Shown here: positions 1-9,309 of the stretch, piece by piece
Numbering within the stretch: position 1 is the stretch's first letter
Layout: every line of letters starts with the position of its first letter
DNA from: Parcubacteria group bacterium
GTDB lineage: Bacteria > Patescibacteriota > Minisyncoccia > Moranbacterales > UBA11712
Direction: 5' to 3'
Length of the DNA: 64,000 bases
Assembly: GCA_041659065.1 (NCBI GenBank)
Contig: JBAZYY010000006.1
Span: forward strand, 1,551-65,550
The notes under the pieces: generated by a model
What the model saw: only the letters and a program-made list of their open reading frames with translations
The model's database searches: none
What the model was told of the DNA's origin: nothing
Made by a program: the position numbers and the translations under genes

Positions 1-623
1 TTAACCGAGTCACGATTTATTCCGCGCTAACTACGCTTGAGAAAAAAGGGCTGGTCGCGGAGACTAAGAAAGGCTCGCGGAGACTATTTGTCGCCGAAAG
101 GCCGGAAGAGCTGAAAGCGATAGTTGAAGAAAAGGAGGAAGAGATTCAGAAAATAAACCTTGATCTGGGGAATCTAGTTTTGCCGGTGCTGAAAGCAATT
201 GATGTTAGCCAGGAAAACAAACCGGAAATCAGGTTTTACGAAGGGCTCGAGGGAATATATAAGGTCTATGAAAATATGCTTGAGACAAAAGACATTCTCG
301 GTTGCGGTTCTTATGATTCAGTCGTGAAAGTTTCGTCATGGAAAGAGGAGGAAAAATATTTTCATCGCATCAAGCATAAAAAAGTTTTCTATCGGGCAAT
401 TCTTGAAGATACTCCAACTAATCGCAAGTTCGCGGATATTGCCAAAGGGATCGCGCACTTCAAATTCCTGGAAACAGGAGTCAAGCTTTCAGCGGATATT
501 CACGCCTACGGTGACGATGTCGCGCTGATGTCATATGAAAAAGTGACGGCGACCGTTATCCGCGACGCGACAATCTCCAAAAGTATCAAAACGCTTCTCG
601 AGTTTATGTGGGATAGGCTCTAA
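1..623 (+). CDS. TrmB-family transcriptional regulator (5' truncated by window edge)
   Basis: Frame is open from position 3 (NRVTIYSALTTLEKKGLV, HTH recognition helix). It has the 'IRFYEGLEGI' linker and a C-terminal 'I-Y-G-D-D-V-A' PLD-like effector domain, as in the other three paralogs. Confidence 0.85.
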   Translation, partial: NRVTIYSALTTLEKKGLVAETKKGSRRLFVAERPEELKAIVEEKEEEIQKINLDLGNLVLPVLKAIDVSQENKPEIRFYEGLEGIYKVYENMLETKDILGCGSYDSVVKVSSWKEEEKYFHRIKHKKVFYRAILEDTPTNRKFADIAKGIAHFKFLETGVKLSADIHAYGDDVALMSYEKVTATVIRDATISKSIKTLLEFMWDRL

Positions 624-706
624 ACTTTGCTGCTAATTAATATTAGCAAGTGAATGAATAACTCACTGGTATTTTTTAGCGGCAAAAAAATCTAAAGGAG
701 TAGGAT

Positions 707-1009
707 ATGGGTGCTATCGAATTTTACATTGAGCAGCTAAGACTTTTGTGGGTGCAATTCATTCAAGGGCGCTTGATTAAAGTATTGAGGGATATAAATA
801 TAACTGACAAACAAGCGCAGGAAAGACTGGATGCCCATAACGCTATCCGTAAGACTTTTGACGCCTGGGCTGTTGGCATAAGGCCGATTCGTCTCCATAA
901 GAGCTTATCGAGAGTCATAAAACTTATGAAAATACTCGGTATTGAAACTCCTGCGCCAAATAAGATAGTTGAAGACTTTTTGAAGAGTGGAGAATTACCG
1001 GAGTATTAA
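707..1009 (+). CDS. hypothetical protein (100 aa)
   Basis: AAGGAG RBS upstream of the ATG; followed by a hairpin terminator. Confidence 0.7.
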   Translation: MGAIEFYIEQLRLLWVQFIQGRLIKVLRDINITDKQAQERLDAHNAIRKTFDAWAVGIRPIRLHKSLSRVIKLMKILGIETPAPNKIVEDFLKSGELPEY

Positions 1010-1025
1010 GCCAGAATCATTGACT

Positions 1026-1056
1026 GGCCGTTGGCGGATGCTGACGGCCTTTATTT
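1026..1056 (+). terminator. intrinsic terminator
   Basis: GGCCGTTGGC-GGAT-GCTGACGGCC stem (two G-U pairs) followed by TTTATTT. Confidence 0.6.
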
Positions 1057-1092
1057 ATCCTAATTCCATGTATAATCAAGAGGAGGTGTCTT

Positions 1093-1266
1093 ATGTCGGG
1101 CGCATGTGAAGGTAGTTGCCCTGTATGCCGCATCGGTGAAGTTAAAAATCACAAGTGCAGCCGATGCGGATTTGAATTCTGTCCCGTTTGTCATGGGACT
1201 ATGCCAAAATACAAGGCGGAGAATGTTCTTCCGTGCACATGTTTGCAAAAAGAAAGAGAAGCTTAA
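1093..1266 (+). CDS. 57-aa Cys-rich zinc-finger microprotein (absent from ORF track)
   Basis: AGGAGGT RBS at 1081-1087. Translation is MSGACEGSCPVCRIGEVKNHKCSRCGFEFCPVCHGTMPKYKAENVLPCTCLQKEREA, with three CxxC motifs plus CxC; a terminator follows. Confidence 0.8.
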   Translation: MSGACEGSCPVCRIGEVKNHKCSRCGFEFCPVCHGTMPKYKAENVLPCTCLQKEREA

Positions 1267-1307
1267 CTGAAATCGCGGTGAATTAACGTTGGATAACAGA
1301 AAGCAAA

Positions 1308-1347
1308 AGGGCGGGAATACATGGATGTATAACCGCCCTGATTTTTT
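1308..1347 (+). terminator. intrinsic terminator
   Basis: AGGGCGG...CCGCCCT stem followed by a T-run, between convergent genes. Confidence 0.55.
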
Positions 1348-1373
1348 ATGCTTCAATCAGTCTCTGGCAATGT

Positions 1374-2291
1374 TCAGTTTCCCGGAACGATTAAATCGAA
1401 TTTTTCCTTTTTGCCGTATGCTTTCGGTCCGTAGTCTTGGCAATAAGCTTCAATATTCTTTTTGAAATAAGGAGGCTTGGATTCTTGAATTTTTCCGACC
1501 AGATAATAAGTGAGGCAAAGCACCAGGCCGAAGCTCGCTGACGCGGGCAAAGCAACGTCCCAACGGTGTTTAGGGTGTCCGAAATATTTATTTTTAACGC
1601 CGATGCTCATGACCAATTCTTTTTCCGTGGGGATGACGAATTTGGCGTGCCGGGCGTGGCCTTCGGGAAACGCGCGCAAGGATAGATGCGATCCGAAGAG
1701 TTCGCTTTTTTTGATATCAAGCATGGGGCAGATATTTCCGAATCTATCCGGCAGAACAAAAGAGTAGCTTCGGTACTTTGAAAAGTTTTTTGGAAGCCTT
1801 AGGGATTGAACAAGTTTTTTTATTTGCGCAGGATTCTCTCTGGTTGCGGAAAGTATCATCCCAAGGTAGGTCGAGACGTTGTAAGTGTAAGGCTCTGCTA
1901 TTTTTCGATAGACAAAAACTTTATTTGCAACCTTGGCAGCTGACGAATTGGCGCTACAAGTGAGAAGAGTGGCTTTCAATCCGTATTTTCTCGCAAGTTC
2001 TACTTCCCAAACGGAATCTTTTTCTCCTGAAGCAGAAATAACTATTGCGTCCTTGATTAAGCCTTTTTTGATAATGGGATCGTAGGACTTTATAATATTT
2101 TTGAAATTGCTTTCGTCGGCAAAAATAGCCGCCTTGTCGGAAAATAAAATTAGTCCGGTATTGTACGCGTTACCGCTTCCAACCACAAAGGGGAGGTTGA
2201 ATTTTTTTAAGTCGAATATTGGCGGTCGATTCTTGGAAAAAAAATCCAAGGCTTTTAATACGCTTTCGTTAAGATCGTCGATCTTTACCAT
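1374..2291 (-). CDS. SIS-domain (phosphosugar isomerase-like) protein
   Basis: 'VVGSGNAY' and 'IVISASGE' SIS phosphate-binding motifs; divergent from the sugar-nucleotide operon. Confidence 0.7.
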   Translation of the reverse strand: MVKIDDLNESVLKALDFFSKNRPPIFDLKKFNLPFVVGSGNAYNTGLILFSDKAAIFADESNFKNIIKSYDPIIKKGLIKDAIVISASGEKDSVWEVELARKYGLKATLLTCSANSSAAKVANKVFVYRKIAEPYTYNVSTYLGMILSATRENPAQIKKLVQSLRLPKNFSKYRSYSFVLPDRFGNICPMLDIKKSELFGSHLSLRAFPEGHARHAKFVIPTEKELVMSIGVKNKYFGHPKHRWDVALPASASFGLVLCLTYYLVGKIQESKPPYFKKNIEAYCQDYGPKAYGKKEKFDLIVPGN

Positions 2292-2365
2292 AGGTTTATT
2301 TTAGTTATTATTTAAAGGAATTTTATCATAGCCCGGTGTGTTGTCCAAATAGTGGATAATCTATA

Positions 2366-2394
2366 TTGACACAGCCTTAATTTAAGGAGATAAT
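2366..2394 (+). promoter_or_regulatory. sigma70 promoter
   Basis: TTGACA-N17-GATAAT. Confidence 0.65.
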
Positions 2395-2410
2395 AGCTCA
2401 TAGATAAATA

Positions 2411-2429
2411 TGTATGATACCATCATACA
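2411..2429. promoter_or_regulatory. palindromic operator candidate
   Basis: TGTATGAT-ACC-ATCATACA, a perfect 8-bp inverted repeat just downstream of the promoter. Confidence 0.55.
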
Positions 2430-2455
2430 CAATATAAGCTTTATAGTAAACCTAT

Positions 2456-3292
2456 ATGAAACGTGAACGTCTCACCATCACCTTAAATGGGGGTGTCTTG
2501 AATAAAATAGATCGGAGAATTGATGGGTACAAAATTCGCAATCGTTCCCATGCTATTGAAGCAATTCTGGAGGAAAAACTGAAAAGCCGCATCTTGAAAA
2601 AAGCCATTGTGCTCGGGGGTGGAGAGGGGATTAATTTTGAAGGAAAAATAATTTCCAAATTATTGCTTCCAGTCGGAGATAAACTATTAATTGAGCGCAA
2701 TATAGAGGTATTGAAAGAGTACGGAATAACCGATTTGATACTGTCTCTGGGCAAGCTAGGAGACCAGATTAGGAAAAAATTGAAAGACGGGTCGAAATAT
2801 GGAATTAAGATTATTTATTTCGAAAGAGACCGCGGCACCGCGAGTGTTTTGCGCCAAGCTCAAAGCCTGCTTGATGAAACTTTTCTCATGATGAACGGCG
2901 ATATTCTCCTCTCAAATATAGACCTGGGGGACATGTACGAATTTCACAAAAGGCATGGGGCCAAGAGCACAATCCTCATGACAACGGCGGATGACGCGAC
3001 TTTGTTTGGGTCAATCCTGGTTAAGGGAGATATGATAGTAAAATTTTTTGAAAAACCGCGTCCGCAGGAATCATATTCTCATTTGATAAACGGAGGCGTA
3101 TATCTTTTTGAGCCGGAAGTCTGCCAGATGGTGACACCGGAGACGTCATCCCTGGAGGGAGATATTTTCCCCAGACTAGTTGAAGGGAAAAAACTTTTTG
3201 GATACTTTTTGGATGCGCGCTGGATCCATTTGCACGACGAGGAAAGATATAAAAGCCATTTAAAAAACCTTAATAAAGTAAACAAAATATGA
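2456..3292 (+). CDS. ribbon-helix-helix domain fused to NDP-sugar pyrophosphorylase-like (NTP_transferase) domain
   Basis: N-terminus 'RERLTITL...LNKID...NRSHAIEAIL' matches the CopG/NikR RHH pattern. It is followed by 'AIVLGGGEG', 'FLMMNGD', 'FFEKP' and 'INGGVYLF' nucleotidyltransferase motifs. Confidence 0.8.
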   Translation: MKRERLTITLNGGVLNKIDRRIDGYKIRNRSHAIEAILEEKLKSRILKKAIVLGGGEGINFEGKIISKLLLPVGDKLLIERNIEVLKEYGITDLILSLGKLGDQIRKKLKDGSKYGIKIIYFERDRGTASVLRQAQSLLDETFLMMNGDILLSNIDLGDMYEFHKRHGAKSTILMTTADDATLFGSILVKGDMIVKFFEKPRPQESYSHLINGGVYLFEPEVCQMVTPETSSLEGDIFPRLVEGKKLFGYFLDARWIHLHDEERYKSHLKNLNKVNKI

Positions 3293-4362
3293 AATGTGTC
3301 ATTATGGCAGGGGGAAAAGGGACGCGGCTATGGCCGCTGAGCCGCCGGGAAAAACCCAAGCAGTTTCAGTGTCTTTTTTCAAACAAGACTATGCTCCAGG
3401 AAACTTTTTTGCGCTTGAGGAAGAAGTTTGAGCTGGCGGATATCTATGTTTCCACGAATGAGGAATATGTAAGTGAAGTAGAAAAAGAACTTCTGGAGCT
3501 TCCTAAGGAGAATATCATCGGTGAGCCGCTGGCTAGGGGATCCGCGGCTAGTATCGCTCTTACGGTTGCGATAATTGCGGCACGAAACGGGAATGACGCG
3601 ATTGCCTTTTTTCCAGCCGACCATGTCATAAAAAATCCGGAGCTATTGATTGAAGCTGTGGAAAAATCAGACGAATTTTTGGAAGAAAATAAAGAGAGTC
3701 TCGTCACATTTGGGATCAAACCGACTGCTCCAGATACAGGCTTGGGCTATATTGAAAAGGGCGAGATTCTGAAAAAAATGGGAAAGCTTGAAATATGCAA
3801 AGCGGAAAGGTTTGTGGAAAAACCGGATCTGGTCACGGCGCAAAAATATCTCGAATCCGGAAAATATTTCTGGAGCAGCGGACTCTATATGATAAAAACG
3901 GATGCCCTGATAAATAAATTCGAAAAATATATTCCGGATACCTATAACCGCCTGCTTCTTATCAAAGACGCCGTTGATACGGATAAATACAAAGAAGTTT
4001 TAGCTAGAGAATATCCAGAAATGGATAAAATCGATTTCGCGTACAGCATCACGGAAAACGACGACCAGGTCGTGACAATCCCACTGGATTTGGACTGGAG
4101 CGATGTCGGGTCCTGGACATCCCTCAAGGATACATTGGCGGATAGTAAAAAGGGTCATTATGCAAAAGGAGACCATATCGATTTTGAGAGCGAGAACCTG
4201 ATGGTTTATGGGTCAAAGAAACTCATTGTCACTATCGGCGTGAAAGATCTGATCATAGTTGATAGTGAGGATGCCATTTTGGTATGCGACCGTGCTAGAG
4301 CCAGGGAAGTTTCGGATGTTGTAAAGAAACTTGAGGAAGCAGGGAAAGTTACTCTCTTATAA
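3289..4362 (+). CDS. manC: mannose-1-phosphate guanylyltransferase
   Basis: 'MAGGKGTRLWPLSR..PKQF', 'PADH', 'FVEKP' and 'WSDVGSW' motifs; ATGA overlap with the upstream gene. Confidence 0.9.
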   Translation: MKCVIMAGGKGTRLWPLSRREKPKQFQCLFSNKTMLQETFLRLRKKFELADIYVSTNEEYVSEVEKELLELPKENIIGEPLARGSAASIALTVAIIAARNGNDAIAFFPADHVIKNPELLIEAVEKSDEFLEENKESLVTFGIKPTAPDTGLGYIEKGEILKKMGKLEICKAERFVEKPDLVTAQKYLESGKYFWSSGLYMIKTDALINKFEKYIPDTYNRLLLIKDAVDTDKYKEVLAREYPEMDKIDFAYSITENDDQVVTIPLDLDWSDVGSWTSLKDTLADSKKGHYAKGDHIDFESENLMVYGSKKLIVTIGVKDLIIVDSEDAILVCDRARAREVSDVVKKLEEAGKVTLL

Positions 4363-4388
4363 AATAATAAGTTAATTTATAAAGCATC

Positions 4389-5387
4389 ATGGCAAAACCA
4401 AAAGTACTAGTGACCGGCGGTGCGGGGTTTATAGGTTCGAACTTCTCGAACATCAATAAGGATAAATTTGAGATTACAGTGCTGGATAATCTCCTCTTGG
4501 GCGACTCGGCCAATATAGAAGATCAAGAAAAAGTGAAATTTATTCAAGGTGACGCTTGCGAGCTTGCCGATCTTCAAAAATGCGGTGATAATTTTGATTA
4601 TGCGGTTCATTTAGCTGGAACATCTTCCGCTCCCATGTTCATGGATGACGGATTTGTGAATGGTTATGTCAACTCAGTCAAGAGTTTCGTCCAGACTTTG
4701 GAATTCGCAAGGAAAAGTGGAGCCAAAAAATTTCTCTACGCTTCCACTTCCTCGCTTTATGGAAATAATCCGGTTCCGCTCACCGAAGATCAGCATGTCA
4801 TGCCTCCCAATCATTATTCCGTGACAAAATTTTTGTATGAAAATTGTTCGCGTTGTTATAACAAAGTCTATCCCGAAATTGAAATAGTCGGATTCCGTTT
4901 CATGTCGGTGTATGGCCCCAATGAAGAAGCCAAAGGCGCGTACGCCAATATTATCTCCCAGTTTATTTGGGATATCGTCCGGGGGAAAGCGCCAATTATT
5001 TACGGAGACGGAACGCAATATCGCGATTTCACCAATGTTAAGGATGTGGTTCAGGGATTAACTCTGGCGCTTGAGACGAAAGAGCCTCTTGGAAATGAAG
5101 TGTTTAATATCGGAACAGGGGAATACGCGTCGCTGAATGATATTTCAGTGATGATTAATGAAGAAATGGAAAAAACAGGAAAGTCCAAAATTAATCCGGA
5201 ATATATTCCCAACCCGGTCAAAGAGGGCTATGTGCAGTCCCAATGCGCCGACATATCCAAGATTTCCCAGAAACTTGGGTATCATCCGAATATAAAGCTT
5301 GCCGACGGTATTGCTGAGCAAGTGGCTAAAGTCAGGCCCGAAAGGATTCGCAAGACAAGTTCGGACCTTTTGCGAGCCAGCAGATAA
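4389..5387 (+). CDS. NAD-dependent epimerase/dehydratase (extended SDR)
   Basis: 'TGGAGFIGS', 'ASTSSLYG', YxxxK ('YSVTK') and 'VYGP' motifs. Confidence 0.9.
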   Translation: MAKPKVLVTGGAGFIGSNFSNINKDKFEITVLDNLLLGDSANIEDQEKVKFIQGDACELADLQKCGDNFDYAVHLAGTSSAPMFMDDGFVNGYVNSVKSFVQTLEFARKSGAKKFLYASTSSLYGNNPVPLTEDQHVMPPNHYSVTKFLYENCSRCYNKVYPEIEIVGFRFMSVYGPNEEAKGAYANIISQFIWDIVRGKAPIIYGDGTQYRDFTNVKDVVQGLTLALETKEPLGNEVFNIGTGEYASLNDISVMINEEMEKTGKSKINPEYIPNPVKEGYVQSQCADISKISQKLGYHPNIKLADGIAEQVAKVRPERIRKTSSDLLRASR

Positions 5388-5409
5388 TTTATTAATTAAG
5401 TAAAAAGAC

Positions 5410-6747
5410 ATGGATCCAAAAATTTTCAAAGCCTATGACATCCGCGGTGTATATCCAGAAGAGATTAATGAAGATGCGGCCTACAAAATCGGGCGCGCGA
5501 TAGTAACATTCCTGAAATGCGAGAGAATCGTGGTTGGCCGTGATATGCGAGTGTCTTCGCCGGCGTTATTCGAATCCCTGACAAAGGGAATAACAGACCA
5601 AGGGGCGGACGTTATTGACATTGGTCTTGTAACTTGGCCCATGGTTAGCTTCACGATAATGCACTTCAAGGAGTCCTCGGGGCTCGAAGTTAGCGCATCG
5701 CACAGTCCCGCGGAATATAACGGTTTTAAGGTGATAAAAAATGGAGGGGAATCCGTGTTGCAGCTTTCCGACGAGGATGGTTTGGAGGAAATCAGCGAGA
5801 TTGCCCTGGAAGGAAAATTCGAGGAACCGACTAAAAAAGGTCGGATTGAGCAAAAGGACATAAAAAAAGATTATCAAGAATATCTACTGGCTCGCTTCAA
5901 GGACATTAGCAATCTCAAAGTTATTTGCGATTATGGGAACGGAATTGGGGCTGTACCCGCTGAGCCAGTGCTTAACGCTCTTCCGGTGGAGGCCGTGCAT
6001 TTATTCAAGGAACCGGATGGCAGCTTTCCGAACCATATGCCTAATCCGCACGAGATAGAAAATTTCAAACCGCTGCAAGAAGAAATCCAAAAACAAAAAG
6101 CGGATCTGGGGATATTTTTTGATGGCGACGGAGACCGAGGCGAACTAGTTGACGAGAATGGAGAAATTATTTTTCCGGATGTGGAGCTGGGCGCGTTGGC
6201 GCTTGATGAGCTTTCTCGAAATCCAGGAAAAAAAGTTTTTTATGATCTTCGATTCACAAAAGCTGTGGCGGAAGAAGTTGAAAAAGCGGGGGGGCAGGCC
6301 TTCATGCTACGGGTCGGAAATCCGTTTTACAAGGAAGCGATGTTGGATGAGGACGCTCTCGTCGCGGGAGAACTATCCGGTCATATATTTTTCAAGGAAC
6401 ATTACGGAATCGACGACGGGCTATACTCAGCTTTGAAGTTTATGTCGCTTATGAATCGCACAGGAAAAAAAGCCAGCGAGCTTGTGGCGCCATTCAAAAA
6501 ATATTTCCAGACTGAGGAAATTAATATGAAAGTGGCGGATGCAGATGAAACCATAGAAAAAGTAAGAAATAAATATTCCGATGGGAAACTTATTACAATT
6601 GATGGAATTCTCATCGATTACGGCGATTGGTGGCTGTCGCTGCGAAAGTCAAATACCGAGCCTTTAGTCAGGCTTCGCATTGAAGCGAAATCGAAAGAGT
6701 TGCTTGAAGAGAAAAGAAAAGAAGTACTGAAGGTCATTCAAGGTTAG
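5410..6747 (+). CDS. manB: phosphomannomutase/phosphoglucomutase
   Basis: 'FKAYDIRG', 'SASHSP' phosphoserine loop, 'DGDGDR' metal loop, 'GELSGH' and 'R-K-SNTEP'. Confidence 0.88.
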   Translation: MDPKIFKAYDIRGVYPEEINEDAAYKIGRAIVTFLKCERIVVGRDMRVSSPALFESLTKGITDQGADVIDIGLVTWPMVSFTIMHFKESSGLEVSASHSPAEYNGFKVIKNGGESVLQLSDEDGLEEISEIALEGKFEEPTKKGRIEQKDIKKDYQEYLLARFKDISNLKVICDYGNGIGAVPAEPVLNALPVEAVHLFKEPDGSFPNHMPNPHEIENFKPLQEEIQKQKADLGIFFDGDGDRGELVDENGEIIFPDVELGALALDELSRNPGKKVFYDLRFTKAVAEEVEKAGGQAFMLRVGNPFYKEAMLDEDALVAGELSGHIFFKEHYGIDDGLYSALKFMSLMNRTGKKASELVAPFKKYFQTEEINMKVADADETIEKVRNKYSDGKLITIDGILIDYGDWWLSLRKSNTEPLVRLRIEAKSKELLEEKRKEVLKVIQG

Positions 6748-6770
6748 CATTATGTGAGTATAAAAAAGGG

Positions 6771-6806
6771 AAAAGCCTGGTCGCGGTTGATGCGGCCAGG
6801 CTTTTT
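6771..6806. terminator. bidirectional terminator
   Basis: AAAAGCCTGGTCGCG...TGCGGCCAGGCTTTT between convergent genes. Confidence 0.75.
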
Positions 6807-6825
6807 GTGATCCTAGGGTGGTCTC

Positions 6826-7443
6826 CTAGGCGCGGACCCAAATGCTGCGCACGTAAGGATATCCGTAATTAATCAGGTAGCCTATGAAGCTACCAATTGC
6901 CAATGCAGTACTAATGATCAGCAGCCCCTGTAGGGAATATAGAAGGAGCGGCTCATGCAGAAACTGGAAAATGGGATTGCAGAACGCGATTGCCCAGAGA
7001 AGGACAAACGTACATTCAAAGATAAACTTTTTCTTTCCAAACCAGTTAGACTTGATTTCGGCACGGGTCAGAGAATATAGGAGCGTAGCGATAAAAAAAA
7101 GCGAAACGTCGCAGGCTACGAGCCTTTCCATCCAGTAAATGACGGAATCCGTCCCTGGAGTTACCCGAAGAGTATCCCAAATCATGTATATCTTCGAGAA
7201 AGTAAAAAATTTGTCGACCGCGGCGTCAAAACGTGCTCCGAATTTAGTCGACCCATATTTAATGGCCAAACGGCCATCTTTCCAATCACTGTAAACGCTC
7301 CATAAGTCACAGGGAAGGATTAAGAAATACCATCCCAGGAAATAAAAAATTAAGGAAAGAGCGGTGGTAACAACTCGAGTTGCTGTCATCTTATCCGCTG
7401 CCGTTGGGAAGGTACGATCGATCAACAACCACAACTTAGCCAT
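6826..7443 (-). CDS. CDP-alcohol phosphatidyltransferase family membrane protein
   Basis: 'DWKDGRLA..YGSTKFGARFDAAVDK' matches the DxxDGxxA...GxxxDxxxD signature; GGAGGAG RBS before the ATG at 7443. Confidence 0.75.
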   Translation of the reverse strand: MAKLWLLIDRTFPTAADKMTATRVVTTALSLIFYFLGWYFLILPCDLWSVYSDWKDGRLAIKYGSTKFGARFDAAVDKFFTFSKIYMIWDTLRVTPGTDSVIYWMERLVACDVSLFFIATLLYSLTRAEIKSNWFGKKKFIFECTFVLLWAIAFCNPIFQFLHEPLLLYSLQGLLIISTALAIGSFIGYLINYGYPYVRSIWVRA

Positions 7444-7538
7444 ATCTTCAGCTCCTCCCTTTCTGAAGTCGATAAAAATATTTAGCAAGGCCGTTGCCTT
7501 TTGCTTTCAAAGTTTTTCAGTATAGGAAGTATTTGTTT

Positions 7539-8516
7539 TTATAGCAAGCCGATTCTTTCGCGGACCGTTTTCATTTTCTTTTCCGCAAGCTCTTGGGCTT
7601 TCTCTGCGCCCTTGTTTAGTATTCCGATAACTTCCTGATCGTCAATATTTTTAAATTTTTCCTGGAAGGACTCAAGAGAGCTGACTATCACCTCCGCAAG
7701 ATCCTTCTTGAATTCAGAATAACTTTTGGTCCGGTAAATTCCTTCAACCTCCTTGGGCGTAATATTATCGAGCAGAGAATAGATGTTAATCAGATTTTTA
7801 ATGGCCGGTTTTTCATCGGAATAGGCTATTTCCTTGTCGCTATCGGTGACGGCCTTTTTGATCTTTTCGCGGATTTTATTCGGGCTATCAGTGAGAGCGA
7901 TATAATTAAATTCGCTGGGGGCGGATTTGCTCATTTTCACAAGAGGATTGTCGAGTCCCATAACGCGCATGCCTTCTTTCACGACATGTGGCTCAGGAAC
8001 CACGAAAGTCTCACCGAAACGTTGGTTAAAGCGGCGCGCCAGAGTCCGAGAAATTTCAATATGCTGGAGCTGGTCCTCGCCAACCGGTACGACATCCGTG
8101 TCATACAGCAAGATGTCTGCTGCCATAAGAGTCGGATACGCAAATAATCCCATATTGATATTTTGGTAATGTTGCTTGGATTTATCCTTGTACTGAGTCA
8201 TCCTTTCAAGCTCGGAAACTTTCGTAATCGTATTCAAAATCCATCCCAGCTCCGCGTGTTCGGGGACGTGCGACTGGACAAAGATAGTCGATTTTTCCGG
8301 ATCAATCCCGGCGGCCAGATAGGTTTTCGCGACTTCGATAGTTTTTTTTCGTAGCTCTTTCGGATCTTGGGGTACGGTAATGGCATGCAGGTCAACCACG
8401 CAAAAAATCGATTCGTACTTTTTCTGGAGCGAAACCCAATTTTGAATTGCGCCCAGGTAATTGCCGAGGTGAAGGTTGCCTGAAGGCTGAATTCCTGAGA
8501 ATATTCTTTTATTCAT
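7539..8516 (-). CDS. trpS: tryptophan--tRNA ligase
   Basis: 'SGIQPSGNLHLGN', 'YPTLMAADI', 'VPVGEDQ' and KMSKS. Confidence 0.97.
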   Translation of the reverse strand: MNKRIFSGIQPSGNLHLGNYLGAIQNWVSLQKKYESIFCVVDLHAITVPQDPKELRKKTIEVAKTYLAAGIDPEKSTIFVQSHVPEHAELGWILNTITKVSELERMTQYKDKSKQHYQNINMGLFAYPTLMAADILLYDTDVVPVGEDQLQHIEISRTLARRFNQRFGETFVVPEPHVVKEGMRVMGLDNPLVKMSKSAPSEFNYIALTDSPNKIREKIKKAVTDSDKEIAYSDEKPAIKNLINIYSLLDNITPKEVEGIYRTKSYSEFKKDLAEVIVSSLESFQEKFKNIDDQEVIGILNKGAEKAQELAEKKMKTVRERIGLL

Positions 8517-8728
8517 GATATAAGTTGCTAGCGGCTTAATCTGGAGTTATAATAAGATTAAAGAAGAGAGGTTGTCAAAAGATAGGCATTTTGCAACAAG
8601 TAGTTGCTAAAGCTCGTAGTATTCGACATAACACTGCCATACCTCATCATCTGTGGATTACTAAAGGTAAGATTTAGCTATCTGTTGACTAATTTAGTTC
8701 GTTGTGCTATTATCCTTAGACTTGAGTA

Positions 8729-9079
8729 ATGCTTCGTTTAGTTATCTATATTCTTTCGAATGCCTTGGGAATTTGGGCTTCGGCCCGTTTAGTGGGCGGT
8801 GTTCACTTCTTCGGCGACTGGAAAGCGCTGATTTTAGCGGGTGCGGTACTTGGTTTTATAAACTTCTTCGTAAAACCAATAGTGAAGATTATATCCCTGC
8901 CTTTAATTTGGCTGACGCTTGGCCTCTTCACAATTGTCATTAACATCTTAATGCTGTTTCTGGCGTCTAAAATCGTGAATGTGCTGGTAATAGATTCTTG
9001 GAGCGCCGCTTTTTGGGCGGTAGTCATCATAAGCATAATAAATTATTTTGTATCATCTTTAATAAAGGACGACGAATGA
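8729..9079 (+). CDS. 4-TM phage-holin-family (YvlD/DUF360-like) membrane protein
   Basis: 'VLGFINFFVKPIVKIISLPL..LTLGLF..VIN' family pattern. Confidence 0.8.
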   Translation: MLRLVIYILSNALGIWASARLVGGVHFFGDWKALILAGAVLGFINFFVKPIVKIISLPLIWLTLGLFTIVINILMLFLASKIVNVLVIDSWSAAFWAVVIISIINYFVSSLIKDDE

Positions 9080-9309
9080 CAGAAAAGATTCTAATAATTT
9101 CGCAAATAGTAGTAGCGGTTCTTCTGACGGCTTCAGTTCTGCTTCAAAATCGGGGCTCGGGCCTTTCAGCGACTTTCGGCGGCGATTCCGGCGGATACTA
9201 CACAAAAAGAGGATTTGAAAAATTTCTTTCTACAGCCGCAGTGGTTTTAGGCGCCCTATTTTTAATTCTAGCCGTGGCTAATATTTACATTACTTCCAAA
9301 GCTATTTAA
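9076..9309 (+). CDS. secG: preprotein translocase subunit SecG
   Basis: 'VLLQNRGSGLSATFGG...TKRGFEKFL' between two TM helices; ATG at 9076 overlaps the upstream TGA. Confidence 0.9.
   Translation: MTEKILIISQIVVAVLLTASVLLQNRGSGLSATFGGDSGGYYTKRGFEKFLSTAAVVLGALFLILAVANIYITSKAI

Noticed and set aside
1060-1356. 98-aa minus-strand ORF in the track
   Set aside because: Antisense to the RBS-supported Cys-rich microprotein and has no recognisable motif.
8729-9079. Holin-family gene as prophage evidence
   Set aside because: Sits in a housekeeping operon with secG; no endolysin, capsid, terminase or integrase nearby.
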